From Syntrophales bacterium (GTDB lineage: Bacteria; Desulfobacterota; Syntrophia; Syntrophales; PHBD01): 64,000 nucleotides of DNA. Each line of letters begins with the position of its first letter. Positions within the stretch are counted from its first letter, which is position 1. This document shows positions 55,415 to 63,258 of the stretch, piece by piece. The position numbers were made by a program, and so were the translations under genes. The notes beneath the pieces were generated by a model. It was not told where the DNA came from and did not search any database. It saw nothing but the letters and a program-made list of their open reading frames with translations. The stretch lies in assembly GCA_963668175.1 (NCBI GenBank), contig OY764159.1, positions 1,152,001-1,216,000 on the forward strand, in the 5' to 3' direction.

Positions 55415-56107
55415 CTACGGCGCGCTGCCGTTTATGCAATTGAGCATCTTTTCACTTTCGATAAAACGAAGGGTGGCTGTCCCTGCAGGGGATGTGCCGT
55501 TTCGGGATGCGATAAACGCCTTTAAATCTTCTATCGTGTCGATATCGCGCCAGCATGGAAGAATCGCAAGCCGCAGGCCTTTCGCCTTGATGATCCTGCA
55601 TGTGCTTTCGCAGACGCTGTCCGAGCCCCAGGGAATCTCCATGAAGGCATCCGGCAGAAATGCGGCGGCCTTGAAACCAATCAGGTAGTATCCGCCATCC
55701 GCGGCGGGGCCGATCACACAGTCGTTGGTTCCCAGTGCGGCGAATCCTGCCTCGACGATCGTCGCCGGCAGGTCGGGGAGGTCGCTGCCGATCAAAAGGA
55801 GCGAATCGTAGCCCTCCGAAAAGATCTTCCGGAAGGCATGGCTCATTCTTTCTCCCAGGTCGCTCCCCTCTTGGGGCTCGCAGGGACGGTCGTGGCCCAG
55901 CCAGGCCGCCACGCTCTCCTGTTGATCGGGCGGATAAAAGAAGAGCCTGACATCGAATGGTCCCCGGCCCATCGTCTCCAGGATATCCGCTACGAAGTGC
56001 CGATAGAGCATTCTTGCGTTCTCTTCCCCGATGGCCTTCGCCAGGCGGGATTTGACGGTTGCCGCACCGGGCGCCTTGACGAATATGATGAGTCCTTGCC
56101 GCTCCAT
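55415..56107 (-). CDS. TIGR04282/DUF2064-type glycosyltransferase-like protein
   Basis: IFVKAP...VKSRLA, QEGSDLGERM, IGSDLP, GPAADGGYYLIG, DIDTIEDL. Confidence 0.88.
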   Translation of the reverse strand: MERQGLIIFVKAPGAATVKSRLAKAIGEENARMLYRHFVADILETMGRGPFDVRLFFYPPDQQESVAAWLGHDRPCEPQEGSDLGERMSHAFRKIFSEGYDSLLLIGSDLPDLPATIVEAGFAALGTNDCVIGPAADGGYYLIGFKAAAFLPDAFMEIPWGSDSVCESTCRIIKAKGLRLAILPCWRDIDTIEDLKAFIASRNGTSPAGTATLRFIESEKMLNCINGSAP

Positions 56108-56234
56108 GGAACCATTATAACGGGGATGGCCGCTCCGGGCAAGAAGAAGGCGCAATGGCCCCGTTCCCGGGCGACGACCGGGAATCCACGGCCGCCGTTT
56201 CCGGCCGATATGACCGTTTCGCCGCGTTCCCGGT

Positions 56235-57320
56235 CTATTTGAAGATGTTGTAGTCGAGGCCCCGTATCCGCGCCCTTTCGGCGAACCAGTCGTCTTCCGT
56301 CAGGGGCGGTTTGGTCAATTTGTCCGGCGCCTTGCGGACCAGGCGGATCGCGTCCGCCGGGCAGCGGCGCACGCAAAGGCCGCAGCCGATGCACTTTTCC
56401 TCCACGACACGGTATGCATCTCCGTCTTCCGCGACGGCGCCGACCTGGCAGCGTTCGTCGGCACAGAGGCCGCAGCCGATGCACGTATCGGCGTCGATGA
56501 CGGCATAGTGGTAGGAATTGATGACCACCGACGCCGGGATGCCGAGGTCGTTGATGGCGCTGAGGACTCCGCAGCAGCACTTGCAGCAGTTGCAGATATA
56601 GATGTGCCCCGCCTGGATATTGTACGTGAGATGGACCAGGCCGGCTTCTTCGGCCTTGTCGAGCATTGCGTAGGCCTCCTCCTTGGTGATGACCCGTCCC
56701 GTCGGCGATTTTTTGAACATCCCGGGTACTGGGGCGATGCCCAGGCAGACTTCCAGCGGTTTGTCGCAGGGATGGCCCATCAGGGACTTCTCTTTTTTAC
56801 AGATACATTCGTTCAGGAGAAAGGACCGGCCGGCTTCGATAATGGCCGAAACCTTCTCATACGACAGGCTTTCCTGGTGGCTGGGTATCACCTCGTCGAC
56901 GGCGATGGTCTGCATGAGCGGCGGCTTCTTCGAGAAAAATTCCCTGCCGTAAAGAGGCCAGTATTCCTCCATCAGTTCGGCGAATTCTTTGTCCATCCGG
57001 CCGAGCTGAAATTCGTAGATACCGAATATCCAGGGCATCATTTTAAAATACCGGGTTTTGTCCAGGCGGATCGAGAACAGCTGTCCCGCGACGACCATGT
57101 CGAAAAGCTTTGCCTCCAGGCCTTCCAGGGGGCGGCCCGTGCGCTCGGCGATCTGCTCGGCCGATTCAAACGTCATCTTCAGGTCGCAGAAAAGGTCTGC
57201 CTGTTCGGGGAGGAAGACTTTCTTCAAAAGCTTGATTTCCACGCCGCTTTCCGAGGCAGGGTAGCCGTTCGGCAAGGTATCCAGGACTTTGGCCAACCGC
57301 TGATACATGTCGTCGCTCAT
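56235..57320 (-). CDS. 4Fe-4S binding protein
   Basis: ICNCCKCCC and two CxxCxxC...C ferredoxin motifs. Confidence 0.88.
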   Translation of the reverse strand: MSDDMYQRLAKVLDTLPNGYPASESGVEIKLLKKVFLPEQADLFCDLKMTFESAEQIAERTGRPLEGLEAKLFDMVVAGQLFSIRLDKTRYFKMMPWIFGIYEFQLGRMDKEFAELMEEYWPLYGREFFSKKPPLMQTIAVDEVIPSHQESLSYEKVSAIIEAGRSFLLNECICKKEKSLMGHPCDKPLEVCLGIAPVPGMFKKSPTGRVITKEEAYAMLDKAEEAGLVHLTYNIQAGHIYICNCCKCCCGVLSAINDLGIPASVVINSYHYAVIDADTCIGCGLCADERCQVGAVAEDGDAYRVVEEKCIGCGLCVRRCPADAIRLVRKAPDKLTKPPLTEDDWFAERARIRGLDYNIFK

Positions 57321-57373
57321 GATCCGATCTCCGTTCGTTATTTTGGCATGTTCTCTTTGTTTGCGTCCTATCG

Positions 57374-57967
57374 TTACGGCTCTGTTCTTATCTTTTCCGC
57401 TTTCTTGCCGGCGATGACGGTCTTTCCCGTTTCCATGAGGAGTTTCGTGACTTCCTCTTCCGTCATCTCGGCGATCACGCCGTTGTTGCTCAGGACGGCA
57501 AGGCCGTGGGAGAATATCCACATCTTGTAGAGAATGTCCTTCTTCTCTTCGAGGGTGAACCCCGGCAGGACCGATTCGTCGCGGAGCCTCTCCATGACGG
57601 CTTCGACGACATAGCCGTGACGCCCGCCTGTCTCGTCCCCGGGCTCGTCTTCGCCGGATTCCTTGGAGTAGAGCATCCGGAAGAGGTTCTTTTCGATTTG
57701 GGCGAACAGGACGTAACCGATCCCCATGTCGAGAAATCGCCATCTCGATCTCTCTTTTGTCTGGTAGCGGATGAGCAGGTCGGAAGCCCTCCGGGCGATG
57801 GCGTCCTTGAGTTTCTGCATGCAGCTCAGGCCCGAGTAGATCGGCATCGTGGACGACCCCAGTTCCCGGGCGATCATCCGGGCCGTGCACCTTTCCCAGC
57901 CGTGCTTCCGGGTAACGGAAAAAGCCGCGTCCACGATATCTTCTTTGGTAAATCGTACTTCCGGCAT
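57374..57967 (-). CDS. TetR/AcrR family regulator
   Basis: FTKEDIVDAAF...ARMIARELGSSTMPIY. Confidence 0.88.
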   Translation of the reverse strand: MPEVRFTKEDIVDAAFSVTRKHGWERCTARMIARELGSSTMPIYSGLSCMQKLKDAIARRASDLLIRYQTKERSRWRFLDMGIGYVLFAQIEKNLFRMLYSKESGEDEPGDETGGRHGYVVEAVMERLRDESVLPGFTLEEKKDILYKMWIFSHGLAVLSNNGVIAEMTEEEVTKLLMETGKTVIAGKKAEKIRTEP

Positions 57968-57982
57968 AGGATGTTATCTCTA

Positions 57983-58020
57983 ATAACTGCCGTTATATAA
58001 CAACAGTTATATTCAGTCAA
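57983..58020 (-). promoter_or_regulatory. TetR gene promoter with double palindromic operator
   Basis: Minus-strand TTGACT-17-TATAAC; ATAAC-TGCC-GTTAT directly followed by ATAAC-AACA-GTTAT. Confidence 0.75.
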
Positions 58021-58082
58021 GGCCAAAAACGAAGATAAATCCATAGGCGTTTCACGGTTCGGGATGCCGTGTTAAAAAAACC

Positions 58083-58113
58083 TTGACCTGACTACCGCTT
58101 CATAGTTCAGAAT
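58083..58113 (+). promoter_or_regulatory. MerR-type promoter with 19-bp spacer
   Basis: TTGACC-19 bp-CAGAAT with an ACTA...TAGT dyad in the spacer. Confidence 0.7.
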
Positions 58114-58132
58114 GATCTGAAAGGAGATTCCT

Positions 58133-58633
58133 ATGTCCATATTTACGGCGAAGCGTTTTGAATATGCGTGTTCCCTGCCCGTAGAGGCGCCTGCCGACGA
58201 GGTCTTTCCGCTTCTTTGTCCCGTGAGGGAGTACGAGTGGATCGACGGCTGGGATTGCCGGCTGGTCTATTCCCGGTCCGGTCTGGCGGAAATGAATGCC
58301 GTCTTCACGACGGATTTCTCCGGCGAGGGTCTCACGGTCTGGGTTACGTCCCATCACGATCCGGCGGCCCGCCGGGTTTCCTATATCCGGGTCACGCCGG
58401 GAATCAAGGTCCTGAGGATGGATTTGCAGGTGGAGGAAGTCCCGGAGGGGCATTCCCTGTGGCGGATAGCCTATACCATGACCGCCCTGGGGGAGGAGGG
58501 CAATGCTTTGATCGAGCATCTGTCGGCGACGAACGGCGGGGAACTCGCGGCCAGGGCCGGACTTCTGGGTCGCATGTTGAACCATTTCCTCAAGACGGGC
58601 AGGATGCTCAAAAAGGAGGAATGGCCCAAGTGA
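58133..58633 (+). CDS. SRPBCC-like (START-fold) protein
   Basis: APADEVFPLLCPVREYEWIDGW N-terminus, C-terminal long helix; RBS AAGGAG. Confidence 0.7.
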   Translation: MSIFTAKRFEYACSLPVEAPADEVFPLLCPVREYEWIDGWDCRLVYSRSGLAEMNAVFTTDFSGEGLTVWVTSHHDPAARRVSYIRVTPGIKVLRMDLQVEEVPEGHSLWRIAYTMTALGEEGNALIEHLSATNGGELAARAGLLGRMLNHFLKTGRMLKKEEWPK

Positions 58634-59178
58634 AGCCCTACCCCATGACAGTCGGCCAGTTGGCGAAGCAGGCGGGTCTGTCCCGAAGCACGCTTCTCTA
58701 TTACGATTCCATCGGTCTCCTGCGACCCACGGGACGGAGCCGCGCCAACTATCGGCGGTATACCGAGGAGGACGCCCGGCGTCTCGAAAAGATTCGTCTT
58801 TATCGGCAGATGGGTCTTTCCACGACGCTCGTCGCCGAAATTCTCGCCGCCCCCAAGAGCGGCGTCCGGGACATCCTGGAGAAAAGGCTTTGGGAACTGG
58901 GCAAGGAAATCGGTCGCCTGAGGGAACAGCAGGAGGTCATCATCCGGATACTGCAGGACAATTCCCTCCGGGGGCGGCTCTCGTTTCTCAGCAAGGACGA
59001 CTGGGTTGCCCTCTTTCGGTCCGCCGGCCTCGACGACGAGGGGATGGAGACGTGGCATCGGGAGTTCGAAAAGCTCTCCCCCCATTCTCATCAGGAGTTT
59101 CTGGAAGGGCTCGGCATCCCGGCCGCAGAGATTGACCTGATCCGGAAAGCGTCCCGGAAGGGGACTCCCGGGAAATGA
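58630..59178 (+). CDS. MerR family transcriptional regulator (no Cys)
   Basis: TVGQLAKQAGLSRSTLLYYDSIGLL, NYRRY; GTGA start/stop overlap with the upstream gene. Confidence 0.92.
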   Translation: MKPYPMTVGQLAKQAGLSRSTLLYYDSIGLLRPTGRSRANYRRYTEEDARRLEKIRLYRQMGLSTTLVAEILAAPKSGVRDILEKRLWELGKEIGRLREQQEVIIRILQDNSLRGRLSFLSKDDWVALFRSAGLDDEGMETWHREFEKLSPHSHQEFLEGLGIPAAEIDLIRKASRKGTPGK

Positions 59179-59197
59179 AGAAAAGGAGGTTCTGATT

Positions 59198-59956
59198 GTG
59201 AATAATCAACTGATGATCGGTTTGTGGCGCCTCATGATCCAGCTTCCCCCGTCCCTTCTGGAGGGCAGGATGGCCAAGGCCAAGGAGAAATTTGCCAGGG
59301 AACTGGCCTTCATGACCGGCGAACACCGGGCGGTCCATCATTATGTAGTCCGTCAGCTTCCCTATGCAACGTCCCCTCTCGCCCCGGAGGCGATCGCCGC
59401 CGCCCTGGGCATGGACCGGGAGAGGGTTGAAACCCTGCTGGACGACCTCGAGAGGCATATGACCTTTCTTTTCAGGAACGACCGGCGGGAGGTTGTCTGG
59501 GCCTATCCGGTTACGCTGGAAAAAACGCCCCACCATCTCACCTTCGGCACGGGTGAAACCGTTTATGCCGCCTGAGCGGCCGACGCGTTCGCGGCGCCCT
59601 TCGTGCAAGGGCGGTTGAGAAAAGAGTCCCTGTCCGTCACCGTTCGTTCGGAATGCGCCCATTGCGGCCGTCCCATGGAGATGGAAATCGACAGCGACCT
59701 TGCGTACCGCGTAAAAGATGACGACTGCCGGCCCGTCGTCTTTATGCCCGACGTCGATCTTTACAAGCTTAAGGATGCCAGCATCATCGACGCCTTCTGA
59801 AAGGAGAGCGTCTTCTTCTGGTCAGAAGAGCATGCCAAGGCTTACAGGAAATCCGTTCATAGGATTCGTGGCGTCTATTTCAGCGCCGCACAGCTGGTCC
59901 GGGCAACCCGCGTCGCCCAAAGCGCCCTTTTCGGCTTCGACGGTCCTGCGCCGTGA
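59198..59956 (+). CDS. MerB-like organometal lyase, predicted selenoprotein with two Sec (UGA at 59573 and 59798), 252 aa
   Basis: One continuous frame: WAYPVTLEKTPHHL, VYAA-U-AADAF, SECAHCG, IIDAF-U-KESVFFWSEEHA; SECIS-like hairpin after each UGA; RBS AAGGAGG. Confidence 0.85.
59592..59617 (+). other. Putative SECIS element 1
   Basis: CGCCCTT-CGTGC-AAGGGCG stem-loop with GU in the loop; loop starts 26 nt after the UGA. Confidence 0.65.
59808..59835 (+). other. Putative SECIS element 2
   Basis: GCGT-C-TTCTTCT-GGTC-AGAAGAG-C-ATGC; GGUC apical loop starts 19 nt after the UGA. Confidence 0.75.
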
Positions 59957-60079
59957 AGCCTTTCGTCGGCAAAGCTGCGAAGGTTCTTCCCGCCGCTTTT
60001 TTGCCTTGTTCGCCCTGCGTTATTATAGTATGAAAGTTCCCTCGAAACGTCGGATGCGTTTTCAACAGGGAACGGTACG

Positions 60080-61255
60080 ATGAGAATCATTCTTTTTACC
60101 GGCAAAGGGGGAACCGGTAAGACCACCTGTGCTGCGGCCACTGCTATGAAGACGGCAGCGTCAGGTTTGCGCACCCTCATCATCTCCACGGACTCCGCCC
60201 ACAGCCTGGCCGATGCCCTCGACGTCAAATTGGGGCCCGAGCCGGCCGAGGCGGCGGAAAACCTCTACGCCCAGGAACTCGACATCTATTACTCCATGCG
60301 CAAGTACTGGGGGAACCTCAGCAATATGCTCCGCCAGGCCTTAAGCTGGCAGCGCATGGACCGGATGCTGGTGGAGGAAATGGCCGCCCTGCCGGGTATG
60401 GCGGAGGCCTCGGCCTTCCTGTGGGTCGACAAGTATTACCGGGAAGGGGAGTACGACGTCCTTATCGTCGACAGTGCGCCCACGGGCGAAACCCTGACCC
60501 TCCTCACGCTGCCCCAGGTCAGCCGATGGTGGACCTCCAAGCTTTTCCCCTACCCGAAGATGGCGACGAAGGCCTTCGGCGCCTTTGTGCATGCGACGAC
60601 CGGCATCCCCCTGGACGAAAGCTACCGGGAGCTGGACGACCTTTTCACGAAGCTGGAGAGTCTCTATGAGATTTTCAGCAACCCCCTGATCACCTCCGTC
60701 CGCGTCGTCACCAACCCGGAGAAAATGGCCGTCCAGGAGGCCAAACGGGCCTATACGTATCTGCTGCTTCACGGCTACAGCGTCGACGCCGTGATCGTCA
60801 ACCGAGTCCTGCCCGATGCATCCGCCGACTCTTTCTGGAAGGGTTATCTGCAATCCCAAAAGCATTACCTGGAGGATATCGGGACGTCTTTTTATCCCCT
60901 GCCTGTCTTCACGCTGCATCATACAGGCCGGGAGGTGTTCGGCATAGAGATGCTCGGCCGCCTCGGCGACGGGCTCTATGCGGGGCGAAATCCCGTCGAG
61001 GTCCTTCATGCGGAAAAATCTTTTGTACTGGAAGATGTGGGGGAAATCGTGAGGCTCAAATTGAGGCTGCCGTTCTTTGAGAACAGCGACTTCAGGATCG
61101 AGCAGTTCGGCGACGAGTTGGTCATCAACATCCGGAACAACCGGCGCAATCTCTTCCTGCCCAAATTCATGGGCCATTTCGTCATCCGGGACTATTATTA
61201 CGAAGATCCGAACCTCGTCGTTCTCTTTTCACGGATTACGCCTTTCGGATCATGA
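60080..61255 (+). CDS. ArsA/GET3-like ATPase with C-terminal HSP20-like domain
   Basis: GKGGTGKTT, STDSAHSL, DSAPTG, VTNPEKM; C-terminal LRLPF...GDELVI. Confidence 0.9.
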   Translation: MRIILFTGKGGTGKTTCAAATAMKTAASGLRTLIISTDSAHSLADALDVKLGPEPAEAAENLYAQELDIYYSMRKYWGNLSNMLRQALSWQRMDRMLVEEMAALPGMAEASAFLWVDKYYREGEYDVLIVDSAPTGETLTLLTLPQVSRWWTSKLFPYPKMATKAFGAFVHATTGIPLDESYRELDDLFTKLESLYEIFSNPLITSVRVVTNPEKMAVQEAKRAYTYLLLHGYSVDAVIVNRVLPDASADSFWKGYLQSQKHYLEDIGTSFYPLPVFTLHHTGREVFGIEMLGRLGDGLYAGRNPVEVLHAEKSFVLEDVGEIVRLKLRLPFFENSDFRIEQFGDELVINIRNNRRNLFLPKFMGHFVIRDYYYEDPNLVVLFSRITPFGS

Positions 61256-61343
61256 TTGCGATGTCGGACCGTTTACGCCGGGCCTCTTTTCGCGCATCCG
61301 AACACAGGCCATGTATTCCCTTGCCCGGACGGCTGTTTGAAGA

Positions 61344-61374
61344 GGGGGCGGATGTCCGCCCCCAGCGATTTTTT
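61344..61374. terminator. Hairpin terminator between convergent genes
   Basis: GGGGGCGG-ATGT-CCGCCCCC followed shortly by a T run. Confidence 0.6.
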
Positions 61375-61396
61375 ACTTAGCGGAATGTGTATTTGC

Positions 61397-61699
61397 CTAT
61401 TTCTTGTGACATTGCGTGCAGGTGTTGAACGCTTTGGTCCCGTTGTGGCAGGCAAAGCAGAACTTCCCCGAGGTGTGATCGGCCATGGTGATCTTGGCCT
61501 CTTTCTTCATTGTGAACAGTCCCGAATGGCAGTCGTTGCACGACAACCCTTTATCGGCATGGGTTTTCCCGTGAAAAACGACCTGCCCTTGTCCGCCCCC
61601 GGCGTAGGTGATATCCTTGCTGCCGTCTACAGCCATAACGTTTACGGCCATAAATGCAAAAACAATGATAATGGCTGCTGCACTAAAATACTTCATCAT
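61397..61699 (-). CDS. Periplasmic triheme c7-type cytochrome
   Basis: Signal peptide; CNDCH, CFACH, CTQCH; VFHGKTH. Confidence 0.9.
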   Translation of the reverse strand: MMKYFSAAAIIIVFAFMAVNVMAVDGSKDITYAGGGQGQVVFHGKTHADKGLSCNDCHSGLFTMKKEAKITMADHTSGKFCFACHNGTKAFNTCTQCHKK

Positions 61700-61764
61700 G
61701 GGTTTTTCTCCTTCCTTCGTACTCCTGCTTTTAAATTTTTTTACCGCTATGCATAGTCTTGCAA

Positions 61765-62631
61765 CTAATCGCCCGATTTCCATTGTCCGCCTTCCTTGAC
61801 GAAGGTGAACCAGGTATTGTCCCCGCACAGGGCCACCGCCCGGTCGTCCCGGACGACGACGCGCTTGAGGGATTTGAGGGTTTTTTCCAGGTCTTCGGCC
61901 CCCTCCTTGGCGAACGCCTTGACGCTCTCTTCCGTCAATTTTTCCATCATGACGGCGTTACGGCGATTCGCCTGTTCGCTGGATACGGCCTTGATCCCTT
62001 CCAGATCGCCCTTTTTCATGGCGGCGATTTTCTGCCGCAGGACCTTGATCTGCGGGCTTTCCTGGGCCTGTTTGCCTTTCACGTCCGCCGTAACCGGCAA
62101 CTCCTGGAAAAGCGGGGCACTGAATTTTACCATGTACGATAACTTCGGCAGTTCCTCGCTGCCTGACGCCCGATCCTCCGTATGTGCGACCTCTCCCGAG
62201 ATACGGGTCTTCGAAATCGTAAGTCCCTTCAGGGGCGGCTTTGCCGTATCGACGAGAGAAAGGGTCATCAGGGTCAAGCCTTCCTGAGGGGGTTTGGCAA
62301 GGAGCGTCACCAGCACTTTGCTGCGGTCTTTGGGGTCGAACTGGAGGAGCAGGCCCGTCACCCGGCCTTCCTTGGCCAGTTCGGCTACCGGCAGGAAGGC
62401 AATCCCTCGCAGTGACTCCTGCGGGATTTGCCGGTCGGCAAGGACGATACGGATCTCCCTGGGTCTATCCAGCAGGCCTTCGGCGTTATCGTGATAATGG
62501 GCGTAGGCCTCCGTTAACGCCACCTTCGTTTCGTTCATCGTCAGCACGCCCTGCGCCTTGCCGGGATCGATGGCATGGGCCGACGGGCAACAAAAGAATA
62601 TCAAAGAAGATATGACTATGGCTTTTTTCAC
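61765..62631 (-). CDS. Secreted hypothetical protein
   Basis: GTG start after AAGGAGG; signal peptide ending AHA; C-terminal FVKEGGQWK (NTF2-like end). Confidence 0.7.
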   Translation of the reverse strand: MKKAIVISSLIFFCCPSAHAIDPGKAQGVLTMNETKVALTEAYAHYHDNAEGLLDRPREIRIVLADRQIPQESLRGIAFLPVAELAKEGRVTGLLLQFDPKDRSKVLVTLLAKPPQEGLTLMTLSLVDTAKPPLKGLTISKTRISGEVAHTEDRASGSEELPKLSYMVKFSAPLFQELPVTADVKGKQAQESPQIKVLRQKIAAMKKGDLEGIKAVSSEQANRRNAVMMEKLTEESVKAFAKEGAEDLEKTLKSLKRVVVRDDRAVALCGDNTWFTFVKEGGQWKSGD

Positions 62632-62794
62632 CGAAGTATCCTCCTTACCGGGAATCACCTCCGGCGGGCGCGCCGGGATATGCCCGACGGTCACTTCCTG
62701 CGACGCCTTGATCCTTATCCCAATTTACGAAGAATCACGGCCGGTTGTCAACGAGATTTTGCAGAGTCTCGCGTGCGGGGATTATTTTCGAATA

Positions 62795-62841
62795 ATACTA
62801 TATATGGATATATAATCGTTATCTTCTACTATATATTGTGT
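62795..62841. promoter_or_regulatory. Tandem NrdR-like boxes
   Basis: Cores CTATATATGG (62798) and CTATATATTG-TGT (62829), 31 bp apart. Confidence 0.7.
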
Positions 62842-62847
62842 TTTTTC

Positions 62848-62876
62848 TTGACTTTTTCCATGAAAGTCCGTATACT
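62848..62876 (+). promoter_or_regulatory. Sigma-70 promoter
   Basis: TTGACT-17 bp-TATACT. Confidence 0.75.
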
Positions 62877-62882
62877 GACATC

Positions 62883-63013
62883 ACCCTGAAATAAGAGATA
62901 CTTATACGGCTTATTCTTGTGCCTGAAACAAGAGGCGGCTAAGTATCAACATATCTATGGACCAAGGCGGCCGGTTGCCTGACGATTGTTCCCGGCCGCC
63001 TTTTCTATGGTCC
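62883..63013 (+). ncRNA. Candidate structured leader RNA or sRNA
   Basis: Two hairpins directly after the promoter, with an alternative pairing available. Confidence 0.4.
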
Positions 63014-63258
63014 CGAGGGCAATATCCGCAACGGGGACAACATACGGCAAGATATCCCGTCGATGCCCGATTCAACGTGTTCGGGCCGGGTCCCTGCCGA
63101 TTTTTTCGACATTCGACCTGAAATCGGTTATTGTTTGTGAACGGCGGCTTAAAAGGGAACCGATTGCTCTTCTGTTAGATGCATTCAATCCGCATGGAAT
63201 CAGATGGAAGAAATGGTAAATCGCCGCTCATATGGCAGACGCATTAATGGAGGCATCA

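Noticed and set aside
56235..59178. Long N-terminal extensions in the ORF track (56235-57890, 58168-59178)
   Set aside because: The extensions overlap the real TetR and SRPBCC genes; true starts are 57320 and 58630
59198..59800. merB-like pseudogene or two separate small genes
   Set aside because: Both interruptions are TGA at catalytic Cys positions, the frame is intact and SECIS-like hairpins follow, so recoding is the better explanation
59954..60030. Third in-frame TGA as another Sec
   Set aside because: Lies past the MerB-like C-terminal helix, matches no known Cys position, and read-through gives a short non-homologous tail; treated as the true stop
60080..61255. ArsA arsenite-efflux ATPase
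   Set aside because: Single ATPase domain with HSP20-like tail, lacks the metalloid-binding Cys set, and no arsB/acr3/arsD nearby; GET3-like subfamily more likely
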